Origin: Macrostomum lignano
Lineage: Eukaryota
NCBI GenBank assembly: GCA_002269645.1
Contig: NIVC01002374.1
Coordinates: 62,001-126,000, forward strand
Length of the DNA: 64,000 nt
Direction of reading: 5' to 3'
Both the position numbers and the translations under genes were made by a program. The notes below the pieces were generated by a model. That model saw only the letters and a list, made by a program, of their open reading frames with translations, did not search any database and was not told the origin of the DNA. Each line of letters opens with the position of its first letter. Position 1 is the first letter of the stretch. Of this stretch, positions 11,205-22,234 are shown one piece after another.

Positions 11205-11975
11205 TCTAAAAATGGCGCTTCCCAAATAAAAAAAATAGCGTATCTCAAATCTAAAAAAACGGAGCTTCTCAAATGAAAAAAATAGCGCATCTCAAATCTA
11301 AAAAATGGCGCTTCTTCTCAAATCTAAAAAATGGCGCCTCTTCTCAGCTTTAGAAAAGTGGCGCGTCTTCTCAAATTTAGAAAAGTGGCGCGTCTCAAAT
11401 TAAAAAAATAGCGCATCTCAAATCTAAAAAATGGCGCTTCTTCTCAGCTTTAGAAAAGTAGCGCATCTCAAATAAAAAAAGTGGCGCGTCTTCTCAAATC
11501 TGAAAAGGGACGCGTCTCTTAAATCTAAAAAACTGACGCGTCTCTCAAAAAAGTGACGCGCCTTCTGAAATCTAAAAAAAGTGACGCGCCTTCTCAAATC
11601 TGGAAAAAAGTGGCGCGTCTTCTCAAAATAAAAAAAAGAGGCGCGTCTTCTCAAATTTAGAAAAGTGGCGCGTCTTCTCGAATTTAGAAAAGTGGCGCGT
11701 CTTCTCAAATTTAGAAAAGTGGCGCGTCTTCTCAAATTTAGAAAAGTGGCGCGTCTTCTTAAATCTAAAAAACTGACGCATCTCTCAAATCAAAAAAGTG
11801 GCGCGTCTTCTCAAATCTGAGAAAGTGGCGCCCCTTCTCAAATCTGAAAAGTGACGTGTCTCTCAAATCTAAAAAAGTGGCGCGTCTTCTCAAAAAAAGT
11901 GGCGCTTCTCAAATCTAAAAAGTGACGCGCTTTCTCAAATCTAAAAAGTGGCGCGTCTCAAATCTAAAACGTGGA
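11205..11975. repeat. ~27-bp degenerate minisatellite (ttctcaaatttagaaaagtggcgcgtc)
   Basis: Visible tandem copies starting about 60 nt after the roadblock stop codon. Confidence 0.9.
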
Positions 11976-12537
11976 GGTTCTTATCTACCTCCATGAAAAC
12001 AGCGCATCTCTTCCGTATCTCCTACACGTAATGATGAAGGATCTCTACGAGGGAAATCTGTAAGGTGTAATCTGCACTATTCGTAGTACACTGATGCAGT
12101 TATTCATATTAAATACTATGTTATCTTTTATTGAGGGTGAATCTCAGCGATAACTGTGCAATCACACTGACTTATTATGTTTTACACTCGAGTTTCTACA
12201 TGTATGATTTGTTATATCAATGTTTTATCGGAGTAGGTACTAAAAAGTCAGTCTTCCCTATAACGGCGCTCGTGCCTTCATTTTGTGCGCGGTAATGTTG
12301 TAAGATACTTGCATATCAAAGGTTTGTTTGGTGTTCAGCTTTTTTGATGACTAAAATATTATCTTTTTGTTTTTTTTAATTTTTACACGACGATAGCTTT
12401 TCAAATTGTAACTTTGGTCACAACTATTGATACATTTTAGTGGTGCACACTTAGGTGTGCATGTACACGTGTGAAAAGTTTTTTAGTGGTTTCATCAGTT
12501 CGAATGCACAAGTTTCGTAAGTGCCATAAGAATATAT

Positions 12538-12780
12538 GAGGATCATAGGGTTCACTGAAGGATCATATAGGGTTCACTGAAGGATCATATAGGGTTCACT
12601 GAAGGATCATATTGCTCACTGAAGGATCATATTGTTCACTGAAGGATCATAGGGTTTCACTGAAGGATCATATAGGGTTCACTGAAGGATCATATAGGGT
12701 TCACTGAAGGATCATATAGGGTTCACTGAAGGATCATATAGGGTTCACTGAAGAATCATAGGGTTCACTAAATGATCATA
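12538..12780. repeat. 22-bp minisatellite (gaaggatcatatagggttcact)
   Basis: About 11 tandem copies. Confidence 0.9.
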
Positions 12781-13203
12781 TAAAAGAGGGCTTACAAAAG
12801 TTAGTTTGCTTCAATTTTGCTTAATAATAATTCTTTAAGATATGTCTACTCGCATGACGGGGACCACCTGTGAATTTTCTAAGCCACAAAAAATTTACCT
12901 AAATCCAGTTGCTTTCTCCTGCTTGTTCTTATTGTTGTCACAAAACGTTTTACACGGTGTTAAGTATTATTTATTATTATTATAAATATATTGCAATAAG
13001 CAGACTGGTACAACTATTCATGTTTATTTCACTCAATTTTATTCAAGAAACCATTTTATTTGGTTTGATTAAAATGGCAAATTTCTAGTTAATCGCAATT
13101 TAATTGAGCGTTCTGCATTTTTCTTTTTATTGAAATTTATTTCTAGACACTAAAAGTCCACACGATTGCACTAAAAGTACAGTTTACGAGCAGTACACGC
13201 GCG

Positions 13204-13284
13204 TCATTGCAACAGACTGCCAATCAGCGTTAGCGAATCGGCGCATTCCGAGCGCAGAAAGTGCAGTTCCATGGCGTCCTTGGG
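13204..13284 (-). CDS. Pantothenate kinase-like (type II fold) gene, exon 5 (last)
   Basis: ttcag acceptor; PKDAMELHFLRSECADSLTLIGSLLQ* aligns with the PanK C-terminus (KALFLEHEGYFGAVGALL). Confidence 0.8.
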   Translation of the reverse strand, partial: PKDAMELHFLRSECADSLTLIGSLLQ

Positions 13285-13424
13285 CTGAAAGTTGAATTGG
13301 GATGAGGATTATGATGCACAGTAATGCACAAAGAGCTTGCCAGCATAGACTATGGGAATCACTTTTTACGTAGATGGGATCGATAATATGAAAAGATATT
13401 ATAATCGCCTGAGAAAATAGGTCG

Positions 13425-13795
13425 GGAATTTCCCTATAAATAGATCAGGAATCGCCCTCTAAAAATAGACCCGGAATTACCTCTAAAAATAGATCGAGAA
13501 TCGCCCTCTAAAAATAGACCCGGAATCACCCAGTAAAAAGATCCGCACTGCTCCTCTAAAAATAGACCCGGAATCGCCCTCTAAAAAGATCCGCACTGCT
13601 CCTCTAAAAATAGACCCGAAATCACCTCTAAAAATAGATCGGGAATTGCCCTTGAAAGTAGATTAAGAATCGCCATCGAAAAGTACATGTAGACCCAAAA
13701 TCGCGCGATAAAACTCAGACCCGGAATCTTCCACTAAAATTTGATCGGGAATCACCCTCTAATTTAAAAATAGATCAGGAATCGCCTTCTAAGAA
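13425..13795. repeat. ~25-bp intronic minisatellite (ctctaaaaatagacccggaatcgcc)
   Basis: Degenerate tandem copies in PanK-like intron 4. Confidence 0.8.
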
Positions 13796-13825
13796 CCGCT
13801 CGTGAATCAGTAGAGTTTCACTCAC

Positions 13826-14013
13826 AATGCCAGCGAAATTCCACACTTCCATCAGCCTGTCCCGACAGGCTACGGACTCGAAGAACTCCCCGCAGACGAT
13901 CACCCGGGGCACTCCGTACGCGGAGGCGGCGTGGACCAGCGTGTCAAAGAAGGTCTTGATGAAGGCGTAGCTCAGTGATGCGGCAATGTCAGAATAGCTG
14001 GGCTTCAGCTCCT
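13826..14013 (-). CDS. PanK-like gene, exon 4
   Basis: ccag acceptor, gtgagt donor; ELKPSYSDIAASLSYAFIKTFFDTLVHAASAYGVPRVIVCGEFF parallels SKEDLARATL...RVVFVGNFL of PanK. Confidence 0.85.
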
Positions 14014-14044
14014 CTGGTGTTTGCGATGAAAACGAATAAGTATC

Positions 14045-14355
14045 TCATTGTACTTTTACCAACCGAGTGTCACTATTGGCTAAAGTATTTCTCAGTGTAC
14101 TTTTAGCAACAAAGCCTGTCATTATTGGCTAGAGTATTTCTCAGTGTACATTTAGCAACAGAGCCTGTCACTATTGGCTAAAGTATTTCTCGGTGTACAT
14201 TTAGCAACAGAGCCTGTCACTATTGGCTCAAGTATTTCCCTGTGTACTTTTAGCAACAGAGCCCGTCACTATTGGCTAAAGTATTTCCCTGTAAACTTTT
14301 AGCAACAGAGCCTGTCACTATTGGCTAAAGTATTTCCTAGTTGTACTTTTAGCAA
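14045..14355. repeat. 49-bp intronic tandem repeat (~6 copies)
   Basis: agcaac recurs at 14105, 14154, 14203, 14252, 14301 and 14351. Confidence 0.9.
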
Positions 14356-14384
14356 CTGCGCTCGCGTCACCATGGCCGCCTCAC

Positions 14385-14676
14385 CCATCGAACGCAGATC
14401 GTGCAGCTTGCCCAGCGTGAAGACGGCAGCGCCCAGGTCGTACTGCCCATAGGCGGACTCGGCCGGCAGGAGGTCGCCAATAGTCAGGTCCAGCTTGGCA
14501 AGGCTGCCTTCGGCCGCAGAAGCCAGGAATTCGGCCAGGCCGCCATTATCGCTATGAGGCGGAGGAGGCGATGCGGAGGCGCTCAGGCGTGCCAGGCCGA
14601 GCAGATTGCGGTAGCCTAGGATTGGCTCAGTCAACAGGCGGCGGCAGAACGGCTCCTTGTTGGCTCCCAAGCCGAT
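14385..14676 (-). CDS. PanK-like gene, exon 3
   Basis: ILGYRNLLGLARL...AAEGSLAKLDLTIGDL...AAVFTLGKL parallels SLGGGTFLGL...ASKGDSTQADKLVRDI...AVASSFGNM; phases fit both neighbours. Confidence 0.85.
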
Positions 14677-14682
14677 CTGCGG

Positions 14683-16952
14683 TGAATGGTCTGTCTGTCA
14701 CTTCTTTACTGTGAATAGTCTGTCTGTCACTTCTTTACTGTGAATGGTCTGTCTGTCACTTCTTTACTGTGAATGGTCTGTCTGTCACTTCTTTACTGTG
14801 AATGGTCTGTCTGTCACTTCTTTACTGTGAATGGTCTGTCTGTCACTTTTTTTACTGTGAATGGTCTGTCTGTCACTTCTTTACTGTGAATGGTCTGTCA
14901 CTTTTTTACTGTGAATGGTCTGTCACTTTTTTTACTGTGAATGGTCTGTCTGTCACTTCTTTACTGTGAATGGTCTGTCACTTTTTTTACTGTGAATGGT
15001 CTGTCACTTCTTTACTGTGAATGGTCTGTCACTTTTTTTACTGTGAATGGTCTGTCACTTTTTTTACTGTGAATGGTCTGTCTGTCACTTTTTTTACTGT
15101 GAATGGTCTGTCTGTCACTTCTTTACTGTGAATGGTCTGTCTGTCACTTCTTTACTGTGAATGGTCTGTCTGTCACTTCTTTACTGTGAATGGTCTGTCT
15201 GTCACTTCTTTACTGTGAATGGTCTGTCTGTCACTTTTTTTACTGTGAATGGTCTGTCTGTCACTTCTTTACTGTGAATGGTCTGTCACTTTTTTACTGT
15301 GAATGGTCTGTCACTTTTTTTACTGTGAATGGTCTGTCACTTTTTTTACTGTGAATGGTCTGCCTGTCACTTCTTTACTGTGAATGGTCTGTCACTTTTT
15401 TTACTGTGAATGGTCTGTCACTTTTTTTACTGTGAATGGTCTGTCTGTCACTTCTTTACTGTGAATGGTCTGCCTGTCACTTCTTTACTGTGAATGGTCT
15501 GTCACTTTTTTTACTGTGAATGGTCTGTCACTTTTTTTACTGTGAATGGTCTGTCTGTCACTTTTTTTACTGTGAATGGTCTGTCTGTCACTTCTTTACT
15601 GTGAATGGTCTGTCTGTCACTTCTTTACTGTGAATGGTCTGTCTGTCACTTCTTTACTGTGAATGGTCTGTCTGTCACTTCTTTACTGTGAATGGTCTGT
15701 CTGTCACTTTTTTTACTGTGAATGGTCTGTCTGTCACTTCTTTACTGTGAATGGTCTGTCACTTTTTTACTGTGAATGGTCTGTCACTTTTTTTACTGTG
15801 AATGGTCTGTCACTTTTTTTACTGTGAATGGTCTGCCTGTCACTTCTTTACTGTGAATGGTCTGTCACTTTTTTTACTGTGAATGGTCTGTCACTTTTTT
15901 TACTGTGAATGGTCTGTCTGTCACTTCTTTACTGTGAATGGTCTGTCACTTTTTTTACTGTGAATGGTCTGTCACTTCTTTACTGTGAATGGTCTGTCTG
16001 TCACTTTTTTACTGTGAATGGTCTGTCTGTCACTTCTTTACTGTGAATGGTCTGTCTGTCACTTTTTTTTACTGTGAATGGTCTGTCTGTCACTTCTTTA
16101 CTGTGAATGGTCTGTCACTTTTTTACTGTGAATGGTCTGTCACTTTTTTTACTGTGAATGGTCTGTCACTTTTTTTACTGTGAATGGTCTGTCTGTCACT
16201 TCTTTACTGTGAATGGTCTGCCTGTCACTTCTTTACTGTGAATGGTCTGTCACTTTTTTTACTGTGAATGGTCTGTCACTTTTTTTACTGTGAATGGTCT
16301 GTCTGTCACTTTTTTTACTGTGAATGGTCTGTCTGTCACTTCTTTACTGTGAATGGTCTGTCTGTCACTTCTTTACTGTGAATGGTCTGTCTGTCACTTC
16401 TTTACTGTGAATGGTCTGTCTGTCACTTCTTTACTGTGAATGGTCTGTCTGTCACTTTTTTTACTGTGAATGGTCTGTCTGTCACTTCTTTACTGTGAAT
16501 GGTCTGTCACTTTTTTTACTGTGAATGGTCTGTCACTTTTTTTACTGTGAATGGTCTGTCACTTTTTTTACTGTGAATGGTCTGCCTGTCACTTCTTTAC
16601 TGTGAATGGTCTGTCACTTTTTTTACTGTGAATGGTCTGTCACTTTTTTTACTGTGAATGGTCTGTCTGTCACTTCTTTACTGTGAATGGTCTGTCACTT
16701 TTTTTACTGTGAATGGTCTGTCACTTCTTTACTGTGAATGGTCTGTCTGTCACTTTTTTACTGTGAATGGTCTGTCACTTTTTTACTGTGAATGGTCTGT
16801 CACTTCTTTACTGTGAATGGTCTGTCACTTATTTACTGTGAGTGGTCTGTCACTTATTTACTGTGAATGGTCTGTCACTTATTTACTGTGAGTGGTCTGT
16901 CACTTATTTACTGTGAGTGGTCTGTCACTTATTTACTGTGAGTAGTCTGTCA
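14683..16952. repeat. 25/29-bp minisatellite filling PanK-like intron 2 (tttactgtgaatggtctgtctgtcacttc)
   Basis: Continuous array from donor (16955) to acceptor (14677). Confidence 0.97.
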
Positions 16953-16955
16953 CAC

Positions 16956-17247
16956 CTTGTCGACAGTCAGCTCTCGGGGGCCCATCTCTGCCACTATCGC
17001 CGGGCCACGAGCCGCGCCGCCAGCCTTCAATGCTGCACTGTCCTCCTCGTCGTTGTGACGTCGCATCCGACGCGCTAGACGCTCGTTGATGAGACGCCAC
17101 GATGGCGAGTGGGTCACCAGCTGGGAGCAGTGCGGCGGCTTCGGATGCCACAGAGGCCCAACGGGAGCCCGCAGATCGTCCAGGCCTGACAGCCAGCAGA
17201 GCGACAGACCCCACAGGTGGCAGAGCCTCGGGTCGGGCCGGGACAGC
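16956..17247 (-). CDS. PanK-like gene, exon 2
   Basis: gacag acceptor, AAG|gtgtga donor; GPAIVAEMGP aligns with YPLLVVNIGSG and DPRLCHLWGL with DELDCLVKGL. Confidence 0.75.
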
Positions 17248-17364
17248 CTGTCACCAGGGGGGGGGGTGAATCGAAGCAATCAGCAGGGATTATAAAAGGG
17301 TACCGACGGGATACAATACTGATAACAATAATTACAGGGCTGCTAATACTGTACGCAGGTAGGG

Positions 17365-18150
17365 CGCCTACTCAAATGAAATGGCGCCTTCTTCAATAAA
17401 ATGGCGCCTTCTTCAATAAAATGGCGCCTTCTTCAACAAAATGGCGCCTTCTTCGATAAAATGGCGCCTTCTTCAACAAAATGGCACGCCTTCTTCAATA
17501 AAATGGCGCATTCTTCAATAAAATGGCGCCTTCTTCAATAAAATGGCGCCTTCTTCAATAAAATAGCGCCTTCTTCAATAAAATGGCGCCTTCTTCAATA
17601 AAATGCCGCCTTCTTCAATAAAATGGCGCCTTCTTCAACAAAATGGCGCCTTCTTCAACAAAATGGCACACCTTCTTCAACAAAATGGCACACCTTCTTC
17701 ACCAAAATGGCACACCTTCAAGAAAATGGCACGCCTTCTCAAATGAAACGGCGCCTCCTCGAATGGAATGGCGCTTACTAGAATGAAATGGCGCCTACTC
17801 AAATGAAATGGCGCTCACTCCAATGCAATGGCGCCTACTCAAATGGCGCCAACTCAAATCAAACGTCGCCTTCGAATGAAATGGCGCCTACTCAAATGAA
17901 ATGGCGCCTACTCAAATTAAAAGGCGCCTACTCAAATAAAATGCCGCCTCCGAATGGAATGGCGCCTACTCAAATGAAATGGCACCTTCTTAAATAAAAT
18001 GGCGATTTCTCGAATCAAATGGCGCCAACTTAAAAGAAATGGCGCCTACTCAACTAAGATGGCGCGCCTTCTCCAATAAAATGGTCCCTACTCAAATCAA
18101 ATGAGTCTTCTCAAATGAAATGGCGCCTACTCCAATGAAATGGCGCCTTG
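17365..18150. repeat. 20-bp intronic minisatellite (aaaatggcgccttcttcaat)
   Basis: Tandem copies in PanK-like intron 1, more degenerate towards 18150. Confidence 0.92.
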
Positions 18151-18225
18151 CCAAATAATATTCTGACAAAGCTCGTGCCGAGCGCATTTTAAGGCCCAGA
18201 AAGCGTCAGATTTGAAATTGCTCAC

Positions 18226-18548
18226 CCAATGTCCTTGCCAGCTAGAGCCTGCTCTAGCGCCTGCTCAACTCCAGAATCTCCTTCGCCAGCATCGGCACCT
18301 TGTCGGCGTTTCATCAAGATTGCTAGTTTGTTACAATCGGCTGGCAACAGCTTAGCAACCGTTGCTAAGGCAGAATCGTCGCTCAACCTCACCATAGCAA
18401 CGGTTGCTAGGCCTCCGGTTTCTACCGGTATGGCTACAAGACGAGCGAACTGTTCGATTTGAAGTGAAGAATCAACAATAACAGCGGCAGAGTTTGGCTT
18501 CAGCCTGGAGGCGACAAGTTCAATTCTAAGTTGCAGTTTGAGCTCCAT
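18226..18548 (-). CDS. PanK-like gene, first coding exon (full CDS 391 aa over 5 exons)
   Basis: ATG at 18548; GG|gtgagc donor in phase 2 joins exon 2; a 76-nt UTR intron (18570-18645, gtgagc...ctaac...ttttcag) lies upstream. Confidence 0.7.
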
Positions 18549-18729
18549 GCGCAATGAATTGTTGTGTTTCTGAAAACATCCCCACAGCTGTTAGTTAAAT
18601 GCGAGGGGCTTAGATAACAGCCCGCTTATCGAGATCGGTGCTCACTGCTTAATGAGCTGCACTGCACAGGTAAATATGGCGCCAATTCCATAAAAAACTA
18701 AGAGCTTTCCACTACTCAGACTTAACACC

Positions 18730-19342
18730 CTCCCGACCTAGGGACCTCACCAGATCCGGAGGATTACCCGCCCGACCTAGGGATTTCCCTCCCGACCAGG
18801 GGATTTCCCTCCCGACTTAGGGATTTACCTCACGGCCTAGGTATTTCCTTCCCGACCTGAGGATACCCCTCACGACCTAAGGATTTCCCTCACGACCTAG
18901 GGATTTTTCTCCCGACCAAGGGATTTCCTTCCCGACTTAGGGATTTCCCTCACGACCTAGGGATTGCCCTCACGGCCTAGGGATTCCCTCACAACCTAGG
19001 GATTTCCCTCACGACTTAGGGATTTCCCTCACAGCCTAGGTATTTCCCTCCCGACATAAGAATTTCCCTCACGACCTAGGGATTTCCCTCACGACCTAGG
19101 GATTTCCCTCACGACCTAAGAATTTCCCTCACGACCTAGGGATTTTCCTCCCGACCAAGGGATTTCCCTCACGACCTGAGGATATCCCTCACGACCTGAG
19201 GATATCCCTCACGACCTAGGGATTTCCCTCCCGACCTGAGGATATCCCTCACGACCTAGGGATATCCCTCACGTACCTAAGGATTTCCCTCCTGATCTAA
19301 GAATCACCCTCTCGACCTAGGGATTTTTCTCCCAACCTGAGG
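18730..19342. repeat. 20-bp minisatellite (cctagggatttccctcacga)
   Basis: About 30 degenerate copies upstream of the PanK-like gene. Confidence 0.9.
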
Positions 19343-20461
19343 ACCGTGTATGGCTCTCCTATGTTTCAGTCAAAGCAAAAAGAGACACACGGGGAATTTG
19401 CGAATAATTTATTAATGGGCCCAGCAACAAATAGCTAAAATGGCAAATTCTAAATAAAGCATACAGAAATTTATTTAGAAACTCAGTTTAGAGATTATGT
19501 AAAAATGATTTTCTCGACAAATAAAGCATGAATGCGCTCGTATACTACTTGGACAAAACGCACAAAAAGTAGTGAAATTAGCATTTTCGTTGGCAAAGAG
19601 ACTCTTAGGGGGGAGCCGAAATGGACACTAAGAGAAATGACAGTAATTAAAACACTAACCAATAGCAAATATATATTCACTGTCAGATAATTCAAGACTC
19701 AGAGGGAGAGCAAGGAAATCTCAGGTAGGAAAAAGCATGGTTAGCGATTTGCAGTCACAGCAAGATATTGGCAAGACAAAATCTAAATAACAACATGAGC
19801 CTATATAATAGCCTGTATATAAATAGCATATATATAAAAATCAGAGACAAAAGGCCAGACTTAAGCAGCACAGAGGTGCTGCACAGCCTGGTTAGCAACA
19901 AAAGTACACCTAGATTCTATCAATTAGCTACAATTAATTTTATTTATAACCTATTAAAAGTTTGAAAATACAATAGAAAACTTCGCACCAGAAAAATGCA
20001 TCAGAGAAAGCAGGAAAACCTTTAAACGCGGATTTGAACTCGCATTACTAATAGTAGTGGCAGATAGAATACTAAACTTATATTTAAAATGAATGCCCAT
20101 ACCCAGGCTATAGCAAAGAATTGGCACAACATGCACGTGGTCGTTAAGTGCTGCTTACTAAAATTACTCAATTTCTCAAACAATATTGCAATAAGGAAAC
20201 TTTTATAAGTATATCAGAAAAAGCAGACATTCACAGCTTGGGATACAAAAATGTAGCTTGCAATGTACAGCGACCAGGACAAAGTTAAATTTATTTTAAT
20301 AAGCCAAGAAGCAAATAAACTATTAATTAAGAAGAATACAACTAGAGCTCTTTGTACATGCATAACACAAATCTTTTTTTGAAGCAATCTTTACAGAATT
20401 ACAGAATTAAATAATAAAAAGATGCCGTTATATCGGTTTAAAGAGGCCGCTTTAACGGCCA

Positions 20462-20995
20462 ATTGTTGGCGATTCTAAGAAAGCTTTAGTCATTGGCGAT
20501 TCTAAGAAAGTTTTCCAATTATTGGCGATTCTAAGAAAGTTTTCCAATTATTGGCGATTCTAAGAAAGCTTTTCCAATTGGCGATTCTAAGAAAGTTTTC
20601 CAATTATTAGCGATTCTAAGAAAGCTTTTCCTATTGGCGATTCTAAGAAAGCTTTTCCTATTGACGATTCTAAGAAAGCTTTTCCTATTGGCGATTCTAA
20701 GAAAGCTTTAGTCATTGGCGATTCTAAGAAATCTTTAGTCATTGGCGATTCTAAGAAAGCTTTTCCTATTGGCGATTCTAAGAAATCTTTAGTCATTGGC
20801 GATTCTAAGAAATCTTTAGTCATTGGCGATTCTAAGAAAGCTTTAGTCATTGGCGATTCTAAGAAAGTTTTTGAATTATTGGCGATTCTAAGAAAGCTTA
20901 TCTCATTAGCGATTCTAAGAAAGTTTTTATCATTGGCAATTCTAAGAAATTTTAATCCTCATTGGCGATTCCAAAAGTCTCTCATTGGCAACTCT
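20462..20995. repeat. 27-bp minisatellite (ttggcgattctaagaaagctttagtca)
   Basis: Begins just past the nuclear receptor stop codon. Confidence 0.92.
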
Positions 20996-21004
20996 AGGTT
21001 GGGC

Positions 21005-21288
21005 TCAACCCCTGAACACCTCTTTGTAGACGCCGGCGCCGAACTGCTGCATTTGGCCGGCGTTGGCGGGCCGCGCGCCAACCGGATTGTACGGCGCTGC
21101 AAAGTCCGGGAACCCGTCGACTCCGACGCCGGCAGCGCCGGGGGCAGTGGCGAGAGAAGCACCAGGCATCGACGAGGTGTTGAGCTTCTCGATGACGCTT
21201 TCGATCATGGCGGCGTTCTGCTTGTGGAGGCCGTCCACGCTGAGCAGGCTGGGGAACACGGCCGAAAGCTCCAGAAGCCGCTTGGTGG
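21005..21288 (-). CDS. NR1-type nuclear receptor, exon 6 (LBD end, AF-2-like VYKEVF)
   Basis: cccag acceptor in phase 1; [28 protein letters not shown]...GVYKEVFRG*. Confidence 0.8.
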
Positions 21289-21363
21289 CTGGGTACGATT
21301 GGGGTGCGGTTGAGGGGATACATGTGTGAGATTATACACTGATGGAGATTGAGACTGGGGCAA

Positions 21364-21750
<387 letters not shown>

Positions 21751-21755
21751 CTAAC

Positions 21756-21935
21756 CGGCCAGCCTGACAGTGAGGTTCAGCCAGGGATCTGAGGCCAGCA
21801 TGTCGGCAGTCCAGCCACGCATGGCGATGTCCTTAGAGCGCAGGTAAATCCAGAACAGGCCAATCACGGCAGAGTGAACGCTGATCACCGAGCTGAGATC
21901 ATGGAACAGGTCTTCCGGGTACTGGATCCCGATAT
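21756..21935 (-). CDS. Nuclear receptor exon 5 (LBD)
   Basis: ttttccccag acceptor, G|gttagt donor; phases consistent with both neighbours. Confidence 0.85.
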
Positions 21936-22234
21936 CTGGGGAAAAGCGAAATGGAAAAGGCGGAGTCTGCTAGACGCGTGAAACTGACATGAAGGCTTTG
22001 GAAATTTTATTAAAAAATTCCTACCCTCTCTAGGGAGGAAAACTCCCCGCGACCTTGGAAACACGAAGTGGGGCCAGTCAGGCAGCGGGAATCAAGCAGG
22101 TGGAGATGGCCCGCATAGTTTGCTTTCACGTGGAAATATGCTGCTGGATTAATTTTAATTAACACTAACTGAAATGCATTGGCTACGCTAGGGATATGGA
22201 ATACTTAGAAGAATCCGAGCACTTGATGGATTCT

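Noticed and set aside
2017-18569. Spliced-leader AUG needed to start the cyclin and PanK-like genes
   Set aside because: Both have plausible cis solutions: the MKQ exon at 3253-3261, and the ATG at 18548 with a 76-nt UTR intron.
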